64,000 bases of DNA from Octopus bimaculoides (taxonomy: Eukaryota). Under the pieces are notes generated by a model. That model saw only the letters and a list, made by a program, of their open reading frames with translations, was not told where the DNA came from and did no database searches. This document shows, in pieces, positions 1 to 13,718 of the stretch. The stretch spans positions 7,072,181 to 7,136,180 of the forward strand of contig NC_068985.1 in NCBI RefSeq assembly GCF_001194135.2, given 5' to 3'. The translations under genes were made by a program, and so were the position numbers. The stretch's first letter is position 1. Each line of letters opens with the position of its first letter.

Positions 1-112
1 CATCCACACCAGTGCTCAACTCGTACTTAATGTATCGAACCCGAAATGGATGAGAAGCAAAGTCGAACTCAGCGGAATTCGAACTCGGAACGTAAAAACG
101 GACTAAATGCCG
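1..112 (-). mobile_element. SINE family S1 (tRNA head + Nin/Deu-like central domain), partial
   Basis: GTACTTAATGTATCGAACCCGAAATGGATGAGAAGCAAAGTCGAACTCAGCGGAATTCGAACTC matches the other S1 copies in this window. Confidence 0.85.
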
Positions 113-380
113 CGGTTTGAGAATATTGAGAATCAATTATATTTTTCTGATTCCGCTCCTTGCGGGAGTCTAAGATTATATTTAAACATATGGCATTTTG
201 AAACGGGGCAATTTGAAGGCACGCGCATGAAAGCTATATTCTAGAGAATCATTTGCTACCACGTGAGATTTTCAAGACATTAATGTCTGTTTAATATTTG
301 GTGGAGTTGTGCAAACAAAAGAGCTAAAGTAGAATTTTAGCCGAGCAAGGGTGACTGTATCTTTGTATGTAAATGCATCT

Positions 381-675
381 AAAGGCGCATTGCTTAATAG
401 CTGGGGTAGTCGGTTCACGATCGCAAAGTCGTGAGTAAGATTCGCGGCGGTGCATTGTATCGTTGAGCTCACACAGCTGACGAAAACAATGAGTCGTACC
501 TGTATTTCAAGGGATCATCTTTTTCACATTCTGTGTCACGTTGTATCTCCCTGAGACCTGCAATAAAGGAACGTGTATCTATGGAATGCTCTGCCACTTC
601 CACGTTGATATTACAAACTTGGTTGTTCTGTTGATCGGATCAACTGGAACCCTCGCTGTAGTAACCGACGGATTG
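381..675 (+). mobile_element. SINE family S2 (tRNA-Arg-like head, OR-like), diverged
   Basis: Colinear with the copies at 5054 and 10584; shared tail GTTGATCGGATCAACTGGAACCCTCG..GTAACCGACGG. Confidence 0.8.
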
Positions 676-2238
676 TTAGTTTTATGTAAATGCATATGTA
701 TCCGGACCACTCAGATACAAGCTGTTTGATCTTTAGAATGCGGGTCTTTGCACGCTCTAAAATCGTTTCTTATAGAGAAACTCCGCGGGAAACGCACGTC
801 AAATATTTCACAACATACCGTCCTAATGATTTGCAGTGGAACATACAGGTATAACCAGTTGCAGGTGATCACTTCTTTTCCAAAGTAAAGTTGCAGAGGG
901 ATTCGTAGGCACTTCCGGTGACTAAGCGCCCCGCCAGGGATTGCTCACCTGTCAGTCAGAAATGACAACTAGAAAACTTGTTCTTTGGATATCAATCCTA
1001 ATTCTGAAACTGGTCAGCAACTGCATGCCTGACGAGTGCTCACTCTTTGTAGTCGTCCTTTCGTAGTCACATCTCATTCTGTAAAAATGGGTTTTAAATC
1101 GCTATTAGATGGGTGAATAAGGCGCCGTTCAGCAAACCATTTAATCTATCGAATGTAATTGTCGTCATGCTACACCGGTCAGACATATATTTGTCCACAA
1201 ATAAGGATTCTGGGCACAGCACATAGCTACCACCCCTAATTTAAATTTTATCAGGATGTGGTGCTAGGCAACAAATAATCTTTCCTTAATATATCGCATA
1301 GATTATGGCATCTACACAAAACAGGATAGAATCAAGTTTTCGCCGTTAATTATCTGACAGCGCTAGTCTCAGAGGCAAAACACAAATCTTGAAACCCTTG
1401 CCTATCCACACTAATTCTATCTGCTATGCAAATACTTGATTCTCACAACATTAATGTCGAGTCTGTCGTGACATGGCGGTGATATAATTCACTAATTCAG
1501 GTGGCAACGTCCATGGCTGTGGACTATAAGTGTGCGGCAACCGATGCATGCATTTTCAGTGATGTACCTCTTAAATTTCACTCGTATAAACAAATGATGA
1601 GCATATGTAACTCTGTCTAAAATCAACATCATTACTTAAATGATAATAAGTGGGACAAACGAACCGACATATCATTCAGTAGTAAGATGCCGTAATGTCT
1701 AAAGATGACTTATTAATTTTGAGCGGCCATATTAAATATTAGAAATTGCTGTTTACAAAATCACTTCCAAAATCGATTTTAGAACGAGGATGGAACTTAA
1801 TTTAAATCTTGAAATACATAGTTTTAATGTTTTTCTCATATATTCCATAACAAAAATTTACATATCACATCGTTGCATCAAGACAACATAAAGTACTTTG
1901 TTAAGAGCATGTTTTTAATTTCATGTTACATACATTTCAAATTCTTAGGCCGTTTTTTTTTTTACACTTTTCCTCGATGTTATTCTCGTAAATGATGTTT
2001 TAATTTAATTTCCACAGACATGTTTTATCTTCTATCAAACTCTTCATATTTCGGAGACTCAACCATTAACACAAATTAACTTATCTTCAATCAATGAAAA
2101 CAGATTATTTTCTTCCAATTGCGTTAGATTGAACTACGACAGCAAATTGAAATTTGAAGTGTTCTTTAAATAATTGCACACATACATGCATACATATATA
2201 TATATGCTTACATATATACGTATATATAAACTGATGTA

Positions 2239-2282
<44 letters not shown>

Positions 2283-3059
2283 CTTATATGTATATGCTGT
2301 TACATACATGTATATATGTGTCTGTGTCAGTGTGGATATGTATGCCTGGGCGTGAGTGTATTAATGTGTATAAATAGGCATACACCAATCTATGGACAGG
2401 ACTATGACCGTATGCATTAATGGCACTAGCGAGATACAGAATGAATGTGTGCAGCAGTGTGTTTATTCAAGTCACCTGCCATTATAGGCTGGTTATATAT
2501 CCGATATAATAATCAAAAACAATTATCTAATATACTATTGAAGGATTTATTTAGTGCAGCTGTATATGTGCATGTGTAAGTTTGTATTCGCGTGTACATA
2601 TATGTATTATTTATTGTTTGTGTGTGTACATATATATTATGAACGAGAAATTATCTGAATATAATTTCCGATCGTCCGTACGGCTCGAATTGGAATACTG
2701 CTCTCTGGTTTTGCAAGGCAAGGCGAAAAAACATATCTCATTGTGATCCCGTGACTTTTTAATGCGTAGGCGCGATTCTTATTGTGTGGGCGGACTATAA
2801 TGACTACTAGCGAACACGTGGGGCGTGAGGTAGTTTTTGTGTTGGGAGCTGAGTGACAGCAGTCGACGTGTGGGTCGATGTGAACCAGTTGGTTCAGAGT
2901 CTACTGCAAGTCGATGCGATGGAAGTCGACCTGAGTGGTTTACGTGAATAGCTGGTCCGAGTTCAGTGCCATGCGGCCCATGTGAGGCGCTTGAGGTCGA
3001 GTCGTTCTTGTAGAACAGTTGACACCGTAATTAATGTCAGAAGTAGTATATGTATTGCG

Positions 3060-4575
3060 AAGAGGAATGCCAGTGGTTAATGTGAACAGTAGTAGCATCT
3101 TTGGAAGGTTTTCAACTTGCTGCAAACATAGTCAGTGTGAACTAGACGACGTAAAGAATACAAAATGTGTATAGCTGGATCCTTCGGAACAGTACAGTGA
3201 CGTCCAATTCGGGTCTGGTTTTACTGTCAATTCCAAAGTTTGGTGACAGCCGCTCCAGTATCTATCACACGTATATCACTGCGTACCTCTCCCGTCTTCG
3301 CCCCAGGGAGTAGTGTCGTAGCTCTTTCAGTCTCTTCCACTAGCTCAGCTGTTCCATTGATGCAATATTTCCCGGGTAATATTGCTGAACCGCCTCGATT
3401 TCCGCTATTAATCCGACACTGTAGGGTGACCACAGTAGAGAGCAGTGGTTCAGATGGTTGAGGAATAATACCCTCCATAGGACCAGTATAGTTTCCTGGT
3501 CCTTTGTTCTGAATGTTTTGAAGATCTATCCTGCCATTCGCCTGTACACTGTTACCGTCTTGGTGATGTGCATGTAAAACGAGGCATCCTTGCTTATATC
3601 AATCCTGTATTGTATGTGATTCTCTGATTCCCGCACTTTCCGTCCAAAATATTGTTGTAACTCCACAGCACCAATTAGCTGGTAGCGGAGGCTTCGAATT
3701 TGCCTGAATTGAATTGCATGTTGTTTTCCTCATCCCATTTATATATGGCATCTAGGCATTTCTTTAGAAGATTAGCATCAGAAGGTTCCTTGACAGCTTG
3801 CACTACTTTTGCGTCGTCCGTATTGCTAGTAAGTGTGGCTGTCTGAATGAGCTACCATGGACAGCAGCGGCTCCAGTACGGGTCCCTGGGGCATTCCTCT
3901 CTATATTACTGTCTCCTTGGAAAGGGCTCTATTGGCTGTCACAGCCTGGCCTTTATCTCCCAACATGTTATGCAACGACCCTACGAGTTTCCTGGTCATG
4001 CCATATCTCCGTAGCTTGTGACATATCATCACGTTTTCAAAAGCCTTAGCAAAGTCAAACTATATTACATCCACGTTGCAGTGATTCATTGTTTCAATGC
4101 CGTGTCATAGTGTTGTAAAAGTTGTTTCAGGCAACTTTATCCTCAGCGGAAGCAACGCTGGATGTTAGGAAGCAAGGCATTATGTTCATGAAATGCAATT
4201 AGTTTCTTCCCGACAATGCGTTCCATGACTTTGCTAACATGGGAGATTAGAGAGACAGGTCTATAATTTTTAGCATTTGCTCTGTTACTTCTCTTATGCC
4301 CTTATGGACAGGACATATTATGCCATCATTTAACTTGTGGGAAAGTGTCCCAATTGTGAGGAAGCTCTGAAAAAAGAATCTGAAGTGGCTTGCTAGAGTC
4401 CCTTTGCATTTCTTCGGGGGAGTTGCTGGAATCCAGCAGGGCCTCTGACTTAGTTTATTTCATCAATGGCCGATATCGCATCAGTTTCTTCTATTTTAAT
4501 GCTATCTATATTTGTCATTTTGTTGTGCAGAGCTGTGGAACCAAAGAACACATCAGGCATAGCGACTAACAAGTG
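3060..4575 (-). mobile_element. Decayed CR1/L2-group non-LTR retrotransposon, RT domain to 3' end
   Basis: Manual minus-strand translation gives NYRPVSLISHVSKVMERIV, FDFAKAFEN, RGMPQGPVLEPLL, NTDDAK (decayed YADD), IYKWDEENNMQFNSGKF and FRTKDQETILVLW, with multiple stops and frameshifts. Confidence 0.9.
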
Positions 4576-4580
4576 TCAAG

Positions 4581-4639
<59 letters not shown>
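4581..4639. repeat. (TATC)n microsatellite running into an assembly gap
   Basis: Direct reading. Confidence 0.95.
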
Positions 4640-4992
4640 NNNNNNNNNNNNNNNNNNNNNNNNNNNNNNNNNNNNNNNNNNNNNNNNNNNNNNNNNNNNN
4701 NNNNNNNNNNNNNNNNNNNNNNNNNNNNNNNNNNNNGTTGGTGCATAACCATTGCGGTTTTTTTTCAACAAATTTTATTCAACAATAAGAATATTTTACA
4801 AAAACATGTTTAAATGACGGTTTAACCGTCTTCCAAGCAAGTGAGAATAAGTAATTGAAGTAGATGGTGAGTATGCTCCGGAATAATCATTGAAATGGGT
4901 TTTTGTTGAATAAAATTTGTTAAAGAAAAGCCGCAATAATTATGCACCAAACCACTATATATGTATGCATATATGTATGTATATATATATGA

Positions 4993-5023
<31 letters not shown>

Positions 5024-5053
5024 TACATATAAATGTATATGTGTAAATATGTG

Positions 5054-5327
5054 AAGGCGCGTGGCTTAGTGGCTGGGGCATTCGGCCCACGATCTTAAGG
5101 TCGTGGGTTCAATTCCCAGCGACGCGTTGTGTCCTACAGCAAGACACTTTATTTAACGTTGCTCCGGTCCACGCGGCTGGTAAAATGAGTTGTACCAGTA
5201 TTTCAAAGGGTCAGCCTTGTCACACACTCTGTCACGCTGAATCTCTATGAGAACAACGTTAGGAGTACATGTGTCTGTTTCGTTGATCGTATCAGCTGTG
5301 ACCCTCTTCGTCATAACCGATGGAGGG
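5054..5327 (+). mobile_element. SINE family S2
   Basis: A box GTGGCTTAGTGG, B box GGTTCAATTCC, central TTGTGTCCTACAGCAAGACACTTTATT, shared tail. Confidence 0.9.
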
Positions 5328-5908
5328 CTTCTATATATATAAATGTGCTTTGTGTGTGTATGTGTGTGCGTGCATATGTATATATACATACTTTAAGATA
5401 TGGATGACTTAAGTTTACTTGTAACCTCCCCATTCTTACAAACACCAAGTAGATAGTTAACTCGCATTCTGATCATGAGTGCACCAAATCTCATGTCTGT
5501 GTATGATCACATTTTCGAGGATGTTTGTGTGACCGAGTGTACTCACGCCATGCAGCTTACCTGAGGCCCTTTATACATCCATATTTGTTAACATTTAGTT
5601 TTGGTACTTTTCTCGCTGGATTGCGTATTCGTTTCTCTTTTTGCCATCTGTGATTTTATTTTTGATCTTCTATATAAATGAAGATATTTCCTCCGCCTGG
5701 CTGCTTTTCTTTCTACAATCCGAGAACTTACATTGCGGAACAGTTATTTTAACGAACTGTATCTATTTATCACCCGACGAGATGCATCTGCACTGCTTGA
5801 TGCTCCTGAACCAGTTGTTGAGTGTCTCACTAGATGTGTCGAAACAATTGCCGTGGTTAATAATAAATTCTCGTATATTCCATCTTCCATTTGCCACATG
5901 TGTGCGTT

Positions 5909-5944
<36 letters not shown>

Positions 5945-6894
5945 CACGTACAAAATTTTAGTCGCCACTATTGCCTAATTGCTGCAGCATACGCATGCGC
6001 GCACACACATATAAATAACTTTTTCACTCTGCGTGCTGCGTTTAATTCCAGCTACTATCACCTTTGACACTTAATCTTTCGTTTTCTATAAAATAAAGTC
6101 CACCTGTGTATGCATACACACACACACACACACACACATAAATACATACATACATACATGCATACATATGCGTATATGTCTGCGTGTCTTTGTGTGTACG
6201 AGGACCTGTTACGATAAGTAGTTTATTTTAATTTTCGTGTCACTGAATTCCTTACCATTTCGATTTATTATTGTCACCAAATACATCATTCATATAATGC
6301 AACTATACCTTAAAAAAACACTAAAACTAATACTTTCACACAAAAGTTCGGTATTATTAAGTCACAAATATTTTCGTGTCTGTAGTATATAGATTTTGAC
6401 AGCTGTGGTCATAGTTTCTTCTTATTAAAGATTTGACGAACTAATCTTTAAGTGGATATAAAATATTCTACATTTATTGGCATATTAAAATATAATTTTG
6501 AATAAATTCGATAATTCAGAACACCATTTCCATCAGAATAGATGATTAACTGAAAATGTATTAAATCTATGTATTAGGAAAAACTGACACGAGAAAGCAC
6601 TCTACAGCGAGAAATTAACGATACTAGCCAATAACAAATATTGGTTTACTTTTTCTGTCAAACCATCCAAAAATTTAAGCGTGTTTTGTTATTATTCTGA
6701 CCTTAACAATGTAGCATTTGTCTTTTTTGTAGTTTATAAAATAATGGAGATTTAATAGCAAAATTATCTTTTAAGTTGCCATTTTAAGAGCCAGAGAAAA
6801 TCCAGTACTTAGATTAAATAATGGTTTTGATTTAGAAAAAAACCAGTGCTTTTGAAAGAACTTTTAAGTTTATGTAATCGATCCAAGTCTGTGA

Positions 6895-7027
6895 ATGGAA
6901 CTATATTTCATCGATTCCCGAAATGATGGAAATCAAATTTGCCCTCGACCGTATTTGAACTCAGAAAGTTAAGAGCCATAACAAATACTGCAAAGAATTA
7001 TTTCTGGCGCGCTAACGATTCTGCCGA
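6895..7027 (-). mobile_element. SINE family S1, diverged
   Basis: ATTTGAACTCAGAA...GCGCTAACGATTCTGCC. Confidence 0.75.
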
Positions 7028-7499
7028 TAATATTCGCAGGTATTGAATTTTTCATGTTATCCTAATTTAAATGTTATGCAGTAGATTTCATGTGAATGCA
7101 TATTTGCCTGCATATGTTCATTTTAGATTGTTAGGTATGTGCGTGTTTTTACAGGCAGAATTATTGGATCATGTAATATTCAGATGTGAGGAATGCCTTG
7201 AATATATCATCCACTCTTTAGAGAAATTATCTCCTACTGAGGATAACATATGAATTAACCGAAAACCAGGACTGATGTTAGTAATAACAGAAAATTTATC
7301 ATCCTCTGATAACGTGCGTTATCTTTATAATATTACAGGTGATATCTACTGAATTATGTTCAAAGCTAATATATGTAATGATATTAATGTTGCTTATCAC
7401 GAATTTTCGCCAGAAGACTTCAACTAGAATAGTTACAGAGCAGGTAATGCCGGAATAGCTCTTACATTGTACAATAAATAACCAACAACTAAACAAGCT

Positions 7500-8425
7500 A
7501 TCTTCGCCATGTTTCACTGTGTTTCGATACAGTTTTGATGTCCCGATGGGAAATCCTGGCTCAGCACAATTGACTGATTTGGTCGGTATATATATCCTTT
7601 ATGAGATGGCTGATCAATTCCCAAACATCAATGGAGGTTTATATCGTAATAACTGTCTACACTACCTTCAGAGTTTTTCTAACCAAAATTTACAAAGGGT
7701 GAAAAATAGGTTGGTTAAATTTTTCCGAATCACGACCTTAAGCATTGATTTCAATGATGATATAACTAAAGTCAACATTTTTGATATTATTCTTAACTTA
7801 TATAATGATTCATATTTCCCACAACATAAACCCTCAACTAATTCAAAATATCTTAGATCGTTCAGTAATCATTCAAATGCTATTATAAGGAATTTAGTTA
7901 GAAATTTTTCCCTTCGACTTTCTAGATTATTTGCTGATGTTGATATATTTAACGATAAAGACGAATTTTATAACTCTGCAGGTTATAAACAAAACAATTA
8001 CCTATATTAAGCCTATTGACATTAATTCTCCTTCAATTAGTAAGGACATGAAAACAGATCATAACGGCAATAACAATATGAATTTTAGTTTGAATAACAA
8101 CAATAAATCGAAAAATGTAACTTTGCAGCGTAAGGGAGATAACCGTTCTTTATATCCCTTCATACGTAATAAAAACAAGTTTAGGACTTTTGAAGATAAT
8201 TATCCTAATAACAAAGTGTGTCCTAGTAAAACAGTTTGGCTGATCATTCCATTTAATAAGCAGATCAAATCCTTTATCACTTTCGTGAAGCTATTGATAA
8301 GAATTCTCTAAAAATTCCAAATACCATTCCATTATCAATTCATACCGAATTAGGATGGGTTTTTCAAACACCAAAAACATTTCACGAATCATTTCTTCGC
8401 ACAGAAATAAGTTGTTAAATACAAA
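7500..8425 (+). mobile_element. Decayed Penelope-like element (PLE): RT C-terminal half and linker
   Basis: ORF 7519-8010 reads FDVPMG..QLTDLVGIYIL..GLYRNNCL (LYRDDGL-like)..VNIFDIILNL..HKP..SNHSNAII..SAGY. It continues in other frames as VWLIIPFNKQIKS and NSYRIRMGFSNTKNISRIISSHRNKLL (the WFNPPF / KISYSCMPN-type linker of PLEs). Confidence 0.85.
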
Positions 8426-8487
8426 TCCACTTAATGAAAATAATAAGTGATATTATTAATGCTAACCACAACCAATTATAGCACAAT

Positions 8488-8750
8488 AAGTTGCGTACTG
8501 GGGGGTTGATCTAATCGATTGCCTCCCTCCCAAAAAATTTCGGGCCTTGTGCCTAGAGTTGAAAAGAATCGTTAGCACGCTGGGCAAAAGTCTTAGCGGC
8601 ATTTCATCCGTTTTTAGGTTTTGATTTCAAATTCCGCCGAGGTCATCATTTCGGGGTAAATAACATAAGTACCAGTTGAACCCTTGGTCGATGTAATCGA
8701 CTTCTCCCTCTTTCAAAATTGCTGCCTTGTGGCAAAATTTGAAGCAATAA
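8488..8750 (+). mobile_element. Two tandem S1 SINE pieces (a 3' half, then a 5'-clipped copy), just downstream of the PLE relic
   Basis: GTACTGGGGGTTGATCTAATCG..GGGCCTTGTGCCTAGAG followed by CGTTAGCACGCTGGGC..TTCAAATTCCGCCGAGGTC. Confidence 0.85.
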
Positions 8751-8869
8751 TACATTATAGTTTCCATCAAGAGATCTGCACTGCAGAGCAAGTTTCAGTT
8801 CTGGAATATTCGCTAGAATTTATCTTCATGGTTTCTTTAATGCATGTCAGTAGCTATGTGTATATGATT

Positions 8870-9052
8870 GCATATCTATAAGAGTGTATATATGTGTGTA
8901 GATATGTGTGCACACACACATACATATATATGTGTGCGTGTGCATATATATATATGTGTGTATATATATACGTGCATATATATATATGGATATATACATA
9001 CATACACACACTCACTCACACGCCCACATATATATTTTCATACTTACACGTG

Positions 9053-9103
<51 letters not shown>

Positions 9104-9222
9104 CTTTACCATTCGCTTGTTTTTCCTACACTTGTCTTTGTTTTTGTATAAATTTGAACTATATAGATAGATAGATAGATAGATAGATAGATGGATGGAT
9201 GGATGGATGGATGGATGGATGG
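8870..9222. repeat. Compound microsatellite (TA/CA/TG, GATA, GGAT)
   Basis: Direct reading; explains several spurious ORFs. Confidence 0.9.
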
Positions 9223-9825
9223 AAAGAGTTTGGAAACGAATGAGAAGCTATCAGAATGCATGATATCGTTGTTACTCTAGTAAAGGTAGAAATGAAACCG
9301 TAATGAAGTTTATTTCTGAAGATGCCCAAAAAATATCAAATAGCATACAAGTAATTCGTAGACTGGCTTCTTTCTTATTACACACAACATAACAATTTAT
9401 TGTGCTGTACATTTCAATTTCCATTTGTTTCCTTTCATAGAAAGGTTTCTGAACAGGAAAAATGTTTGATAAGATCTTTTGTTTGTTATTCCTAATTTTA
9501 TATCTAAACGGTTTGCTTTTGTTTCTTGTTTTGAAAAGAAAAGATAAGCATATGATTTGCTACAGAAGTAAAAAATAAAAAAATAAAAAAATTCATCAAC
9601 AAGAGTCAATGTAGCAGGATATGTATGACCTCTTACCCTTGTAGAAACACCAGTCAAATCGTCCTGAAATTACATCGTATTACTTTAAAGAAGGTTTGAA
9701 TAGACAATATGGTCCAAGATAAACCAATAGCAAGGTATTACGATCGATAGTATTGCTTGTAACTCAACTCCAGTATTGAAACTTCGTGACTATGTAAGAA
9801 ATCAATATATTAATACAATATTTAT

Positions 9826-10040
9826 TTCTTTATTGCCCACAGGGGGCTAAACATAGAAGGGACAAACAAGGGGATTAAATTGTTTACATCAACCCCTGTA
9901 CGTAGCCGGTACTTTATCCACCCCGAAATGATGAAAAGCAAAGCTGACGTCGACGGAATTTGAACTCAGACCGTAATGGTAGATGAAATGTCGCTGAGAA
10001 TTTCGTCCGGCGTGCTAACGGTTCCGCCAGCTCGCCGCCC
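9826..10040 (-). mobile_element. SINE S1 (variant tail)
   Basis: Reverse complement begins GGCGGCGAGCTGGCGGAACCGTTAGCACGCCGG..GAGTTCAAATTCCG. Confidence 0.85.
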
Positions 10041-10057
10041 TATATTAATATAATATT

Positions 10058-10258
10058 TGTTCTACTCTGGTCACAAGGCCAGAAATTTTGGGGGAGGGGT
10101 CCAGTCGATTAGATCGACCCCAGTACGTAACTGGTACTTAATTTATCGACCCCGAATGGATAAAAGGAAAAGTCGACCTCGGCGAAATTTGAACTCAGAA
10201 AGTAAAGACAGACGAAATACTGCTAAGTATAAGGCCCGGCGTGCTAACGTTTCTGCCG
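10058..10258 (-). mobile_element. SINE S1
   Basis: Near-consensus copy in tandem with the previous one. Confidence 0.9.
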
Positions 10259-10583
10259 TGCAATAATTTTTGTCGTAGTTCTGCTCGATGAGACCGATGA
10301 GTGCTTCGGTCTTAAAGTTGAAACCATGGACGGTGCAGGGATATCACGACCGCCACTTTTGGCTGTTTACGGTGACTGTGACAAAGTATGTATACAATTG
10401 TGTGCGTTGACTGCTGCTCCAGAGTACTTTAGCTCTTATTTCTAGCATTGTAGCTGTTCTAACACCGTCTGTCTTAATAAATGACAATTAGTTTCCTTTT
10501 TGGTGATACATTTCTAATCAGCTGCCTAATTGGTGTGTGTGTATTTTTGTGTTGTGTGTGTATTTATATACATTTAAGGGAAG

Positions 10584-10902
10584 GAGCACTCCGTCGGTTA
10601 CGACGACGAGTGTCCCAGCTGACACGACAACGGAACAGCTTGCTCGCGAAATTAACGTGTAAGTGGCTGAGCACTCCACAGACACGTGTTCTCCTAACGT
10701 AGTTCTCTGGAAGATTCAGCGTGACACATAGCGTGATAAGGTTGGCCCTTTGAAATACTGGTACTACTCATTTTTGCCAGCTGAGTAGACTGGAGCAACG
10801 TTCAATAAAGTGTCTTGCTCAAGGACACAACGCCTCACCGGGAATTGAACTCACGACCTTACGATCGCGAGCCGAATGCCCTAACCACGAAGCCACGCGC
10901 CT
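10584..10902 (-). mobile_element. SINE S2, full length
   Basis: Reverse complement GGCGCGTGGCTTCGTGGTTAGGGCATTCGGCTCGCGATCGTAAGGTCGTGAGTTCAATTCCCGG..TGTGTCCTTGAGCAAGACACTTTAT..shared tail. Confidence 0.92.
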
Positions 10903-11438
10903 TCACATTCATATACATACACACACGCACTGATATATATATATATATATATANNNNNNNNNNNNNNNNNNNNNNNNNNNNNNNNNNNNNNNNNNNNNNN
11001 NNNNNNNNNNNNNNNNNNNNNNNNNNNNNNNNNNNNNNNNNNNNNNNNNNNNNNNNNNNNNNNNNNNNNNNNNNNNNNNNNNNNNNNNNNNNNNNNNNNN
11101 NNNNNNNNNNNNNNNNNNNNNNNNNNNNNNNNNNNNNNNNNNNNNNNNNNNNNNNNNNNNNNNNNNNNNNNNNNNNNNNNNNNNNNNNNNNNNNNNNNNN
11201 NNNNNNNNNNNNNNNNNNNNNNNNNNNNNNNNNNNNNNNNNNNNNNNNNNNNNNNNNNNNNNNNNNNNNNNNNNNNNNNNNNNNNNNNNNNNNNNNNNNN
11301 NNNNNNNNNNNNNNNNNNNNNNNNNNNNNNNNNNNNNNNNNNNNNNNNNNNNNNNNNNNNNNNNNNNNNNNNNNNNNNNNNNNNNNNNNNNNNNNNNNNN
11401 NNNNNNNNNNNNNNNNNNNNNNNNNNNNNNNNNNNNNN

Positions 11439-11476
<38 letters not shown>

Positions 11477-13508
11477 GTTTATCGTGTCCACTAGGATTGT
11501 TTAATCGAATTCGGACACGGTTGGAAACCCACATTTGTTGAAAGAATGAACACTGGGTCATATAATCCTTCCCTATGACATGAACTTTCATACTAGTATC
11601 ATAAACAGTAATATCTGAACCGCGACCGTCATTTCCTCTGCTTATATTCAATTCGTGGAACCAATTAACCATTTACAACTCGTATATCTTGTCTTTTTAA
11701 ATGTGAATTTTGTTTTTGTTATTTGAAATACTTCTTACTTAATGGATATTCATTATCCAACACACACATAATACGCTCATACGAAATGTTCAAATCTTTG
11801 CGTTCAGTAACAGAAGTAATGTCATTAACTTAAGGCGTAATATAATTAACTACAAACCCAAATGTGACCTCACCAATCATTTCACTTATAAGGCCGCACT
11901 GACGCATCTAATTTCAATATGTCGAGGAAATTGTGTTTGCTGCATTCTACGGAAATCGCAATTGTAATAAGATATCCAATTTTTCAGGCCACATTAACTT
12001 AATTTAGACTGTTTCATCCTCATTTAACCATTTCTCTTGAAGCTTTAACGATCACTCATGATTTTATAAGGTGATTATATGTATCACATCTGTGAGTAAC
12101 TACGTATATCCACAGGACGATATGCATATGTGTCTTAGTCTATTTAAGGGTCTCATATCGGTAAATAAATGCTTTGTTTCTGTATGTTTAATTTGACGTG
12201 ATACCCATAGGGTATTTCGTCAAATTATCTGCACTGCACATTAGGTTTGCTCTGTAATTACGTTGCAACATCTAACTATTGTATAATTGCTTCAAATTAC
12301 GCAAACACCATCGTTCCATAAACTTTTCAATACCTCTCGATGTACAAAATAAATGTGACTCTGAAAGTTTCGTAATATTTCATATTTACTCTTTTTATGA
12401 GTCCAGCTTCATGCCGTCATAGCAGTACCGAAATGAAATGTAATTTCAAAATTTTTGCTGGAAGGCAAAATGAATGAACATGTTAGATGCACATAAATAT
12501 ACAGAGAATTCGTTGTAAGCGATTAAAATAGTACCAAATGAAATACCAAACTAACAAAGAATTATAAATGTATATTATAAGATAAGATTAGCTACAACTC
12601 TATAATTCATCTTAGAATTCTTCTCGCAAAATGTTCAATAAAACCAAATTTGTTTATATAGTAGAAATAGATTTTCGTTGACTGGCTTAAAAGAAAAATA
12701 TGCTGAGGTTGTTCACGATCTAACATAACAGAATAATTTTCAAAGTATTTTTGTCGCCACAACCGACAAAAAGTTGAACTTATATAACATTGCATATTAT
12801 CGTATGAATAAAGCAATAGATTTCTTACATTTTTTCCCAGATATGTCTCTACAGTGCATTTCACATATCAGTGATAAAAGAATAATATTGGTCTTTTACA
12901 ATCTCTGTAAAATGATATGCTCGCTTATATTGAACTGTATGTGCTACAGGATTTCTATATATGACCAGTTACATATTACACGTCAAGTTTTCCTATTGGA
13001 ATTCATCTCTTTGAAAGATATTTTATGAAGTATCTGGCGTAGAAATGACAGCCGTTATCAGATATATGATTACACAATTAAAATTCCTTTGTGGGTTACG
13101 CTTTTTGCCTTGCATTCTATATCGGTATAGTGTAACTGATAGAATGTTCATACTTACCTCCACATAAACATGAATTTAGTTTCTTAATTTCGCTGTAACT
13201 CCCTTAAATGCCTTGCAGTTAATATCTTAATATCTTTTTTTGTCATATATATNNNNNNNNNNNNNNNNNNNNNNNNNNNNNNNNNNNNNNNNNNNNNNNN
13301 NNNNNNNNNNNNNNNNNNNNNNNNNNNNNNNNNNNNNNNNNNNNNNNNNNNNNNNNNNNNNNNNNNNNNNNNNNNNNNNNNNNNNNNNNNNNNNNNNNNN
13401 NNNNNNNNNNNNNNNNNNNNNNNNNNNNNNNNNNNNNNNNNNNNNNNNNNNNNNNNNNNNNNNNNNNNNNNNNNNNNNNNNNNNNNNNNNNNNNNNNNNN
13501 NNNNNNNC

Positions 13509-13718
13509 TTTCTCTCACTCTTACTTCCTGTTTCTGTTGTGCCTGTATTTCAAAGGGTCAGCCTTGTCACACTGTATCACGCTGAATATCCAAGAGAACT
13601 ACGTTAAGGGTACACGTGTCTGTGGAGTGCTCAGCCACTTGCACGTTAATTTCACGAGCAGGCTGTTCCGTTGATCGGATCAACTGAAACCCTCGACGTC
13701 GTAAGCGACGGAGTGCCA
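13509..13718 (+). mobile_element. SINE S2-variant, 3' portion
   Basis: TTTCTCTCACTCTTACTTCCTGTTTCTGTTGTGCCTG plus the shared S2 tail; matches 50945-51310. Confidence 0.9.

Noticed and set aside
905-935. ETS-like CACTTCCGG next to a GC-box-like motif
   Set aside because: Short motifs occur by chance; no CpG island or downstream exon support.
10285-10340. GATGA GACCGA-loop-TCGGTC..GAAACCATGGAC, superficially hammerhead-like
   Set aside because: CUGA is disrupted, 8 extra nt separate stem II from GAAA, the triplet is GAC and there is no stem I.
11473-11690. Unique open stretch on the minus strand (..GSDITVYDTSMKVHVIGKDY..)
   Set aside because: No recognisable homology and no convincing splice sites.
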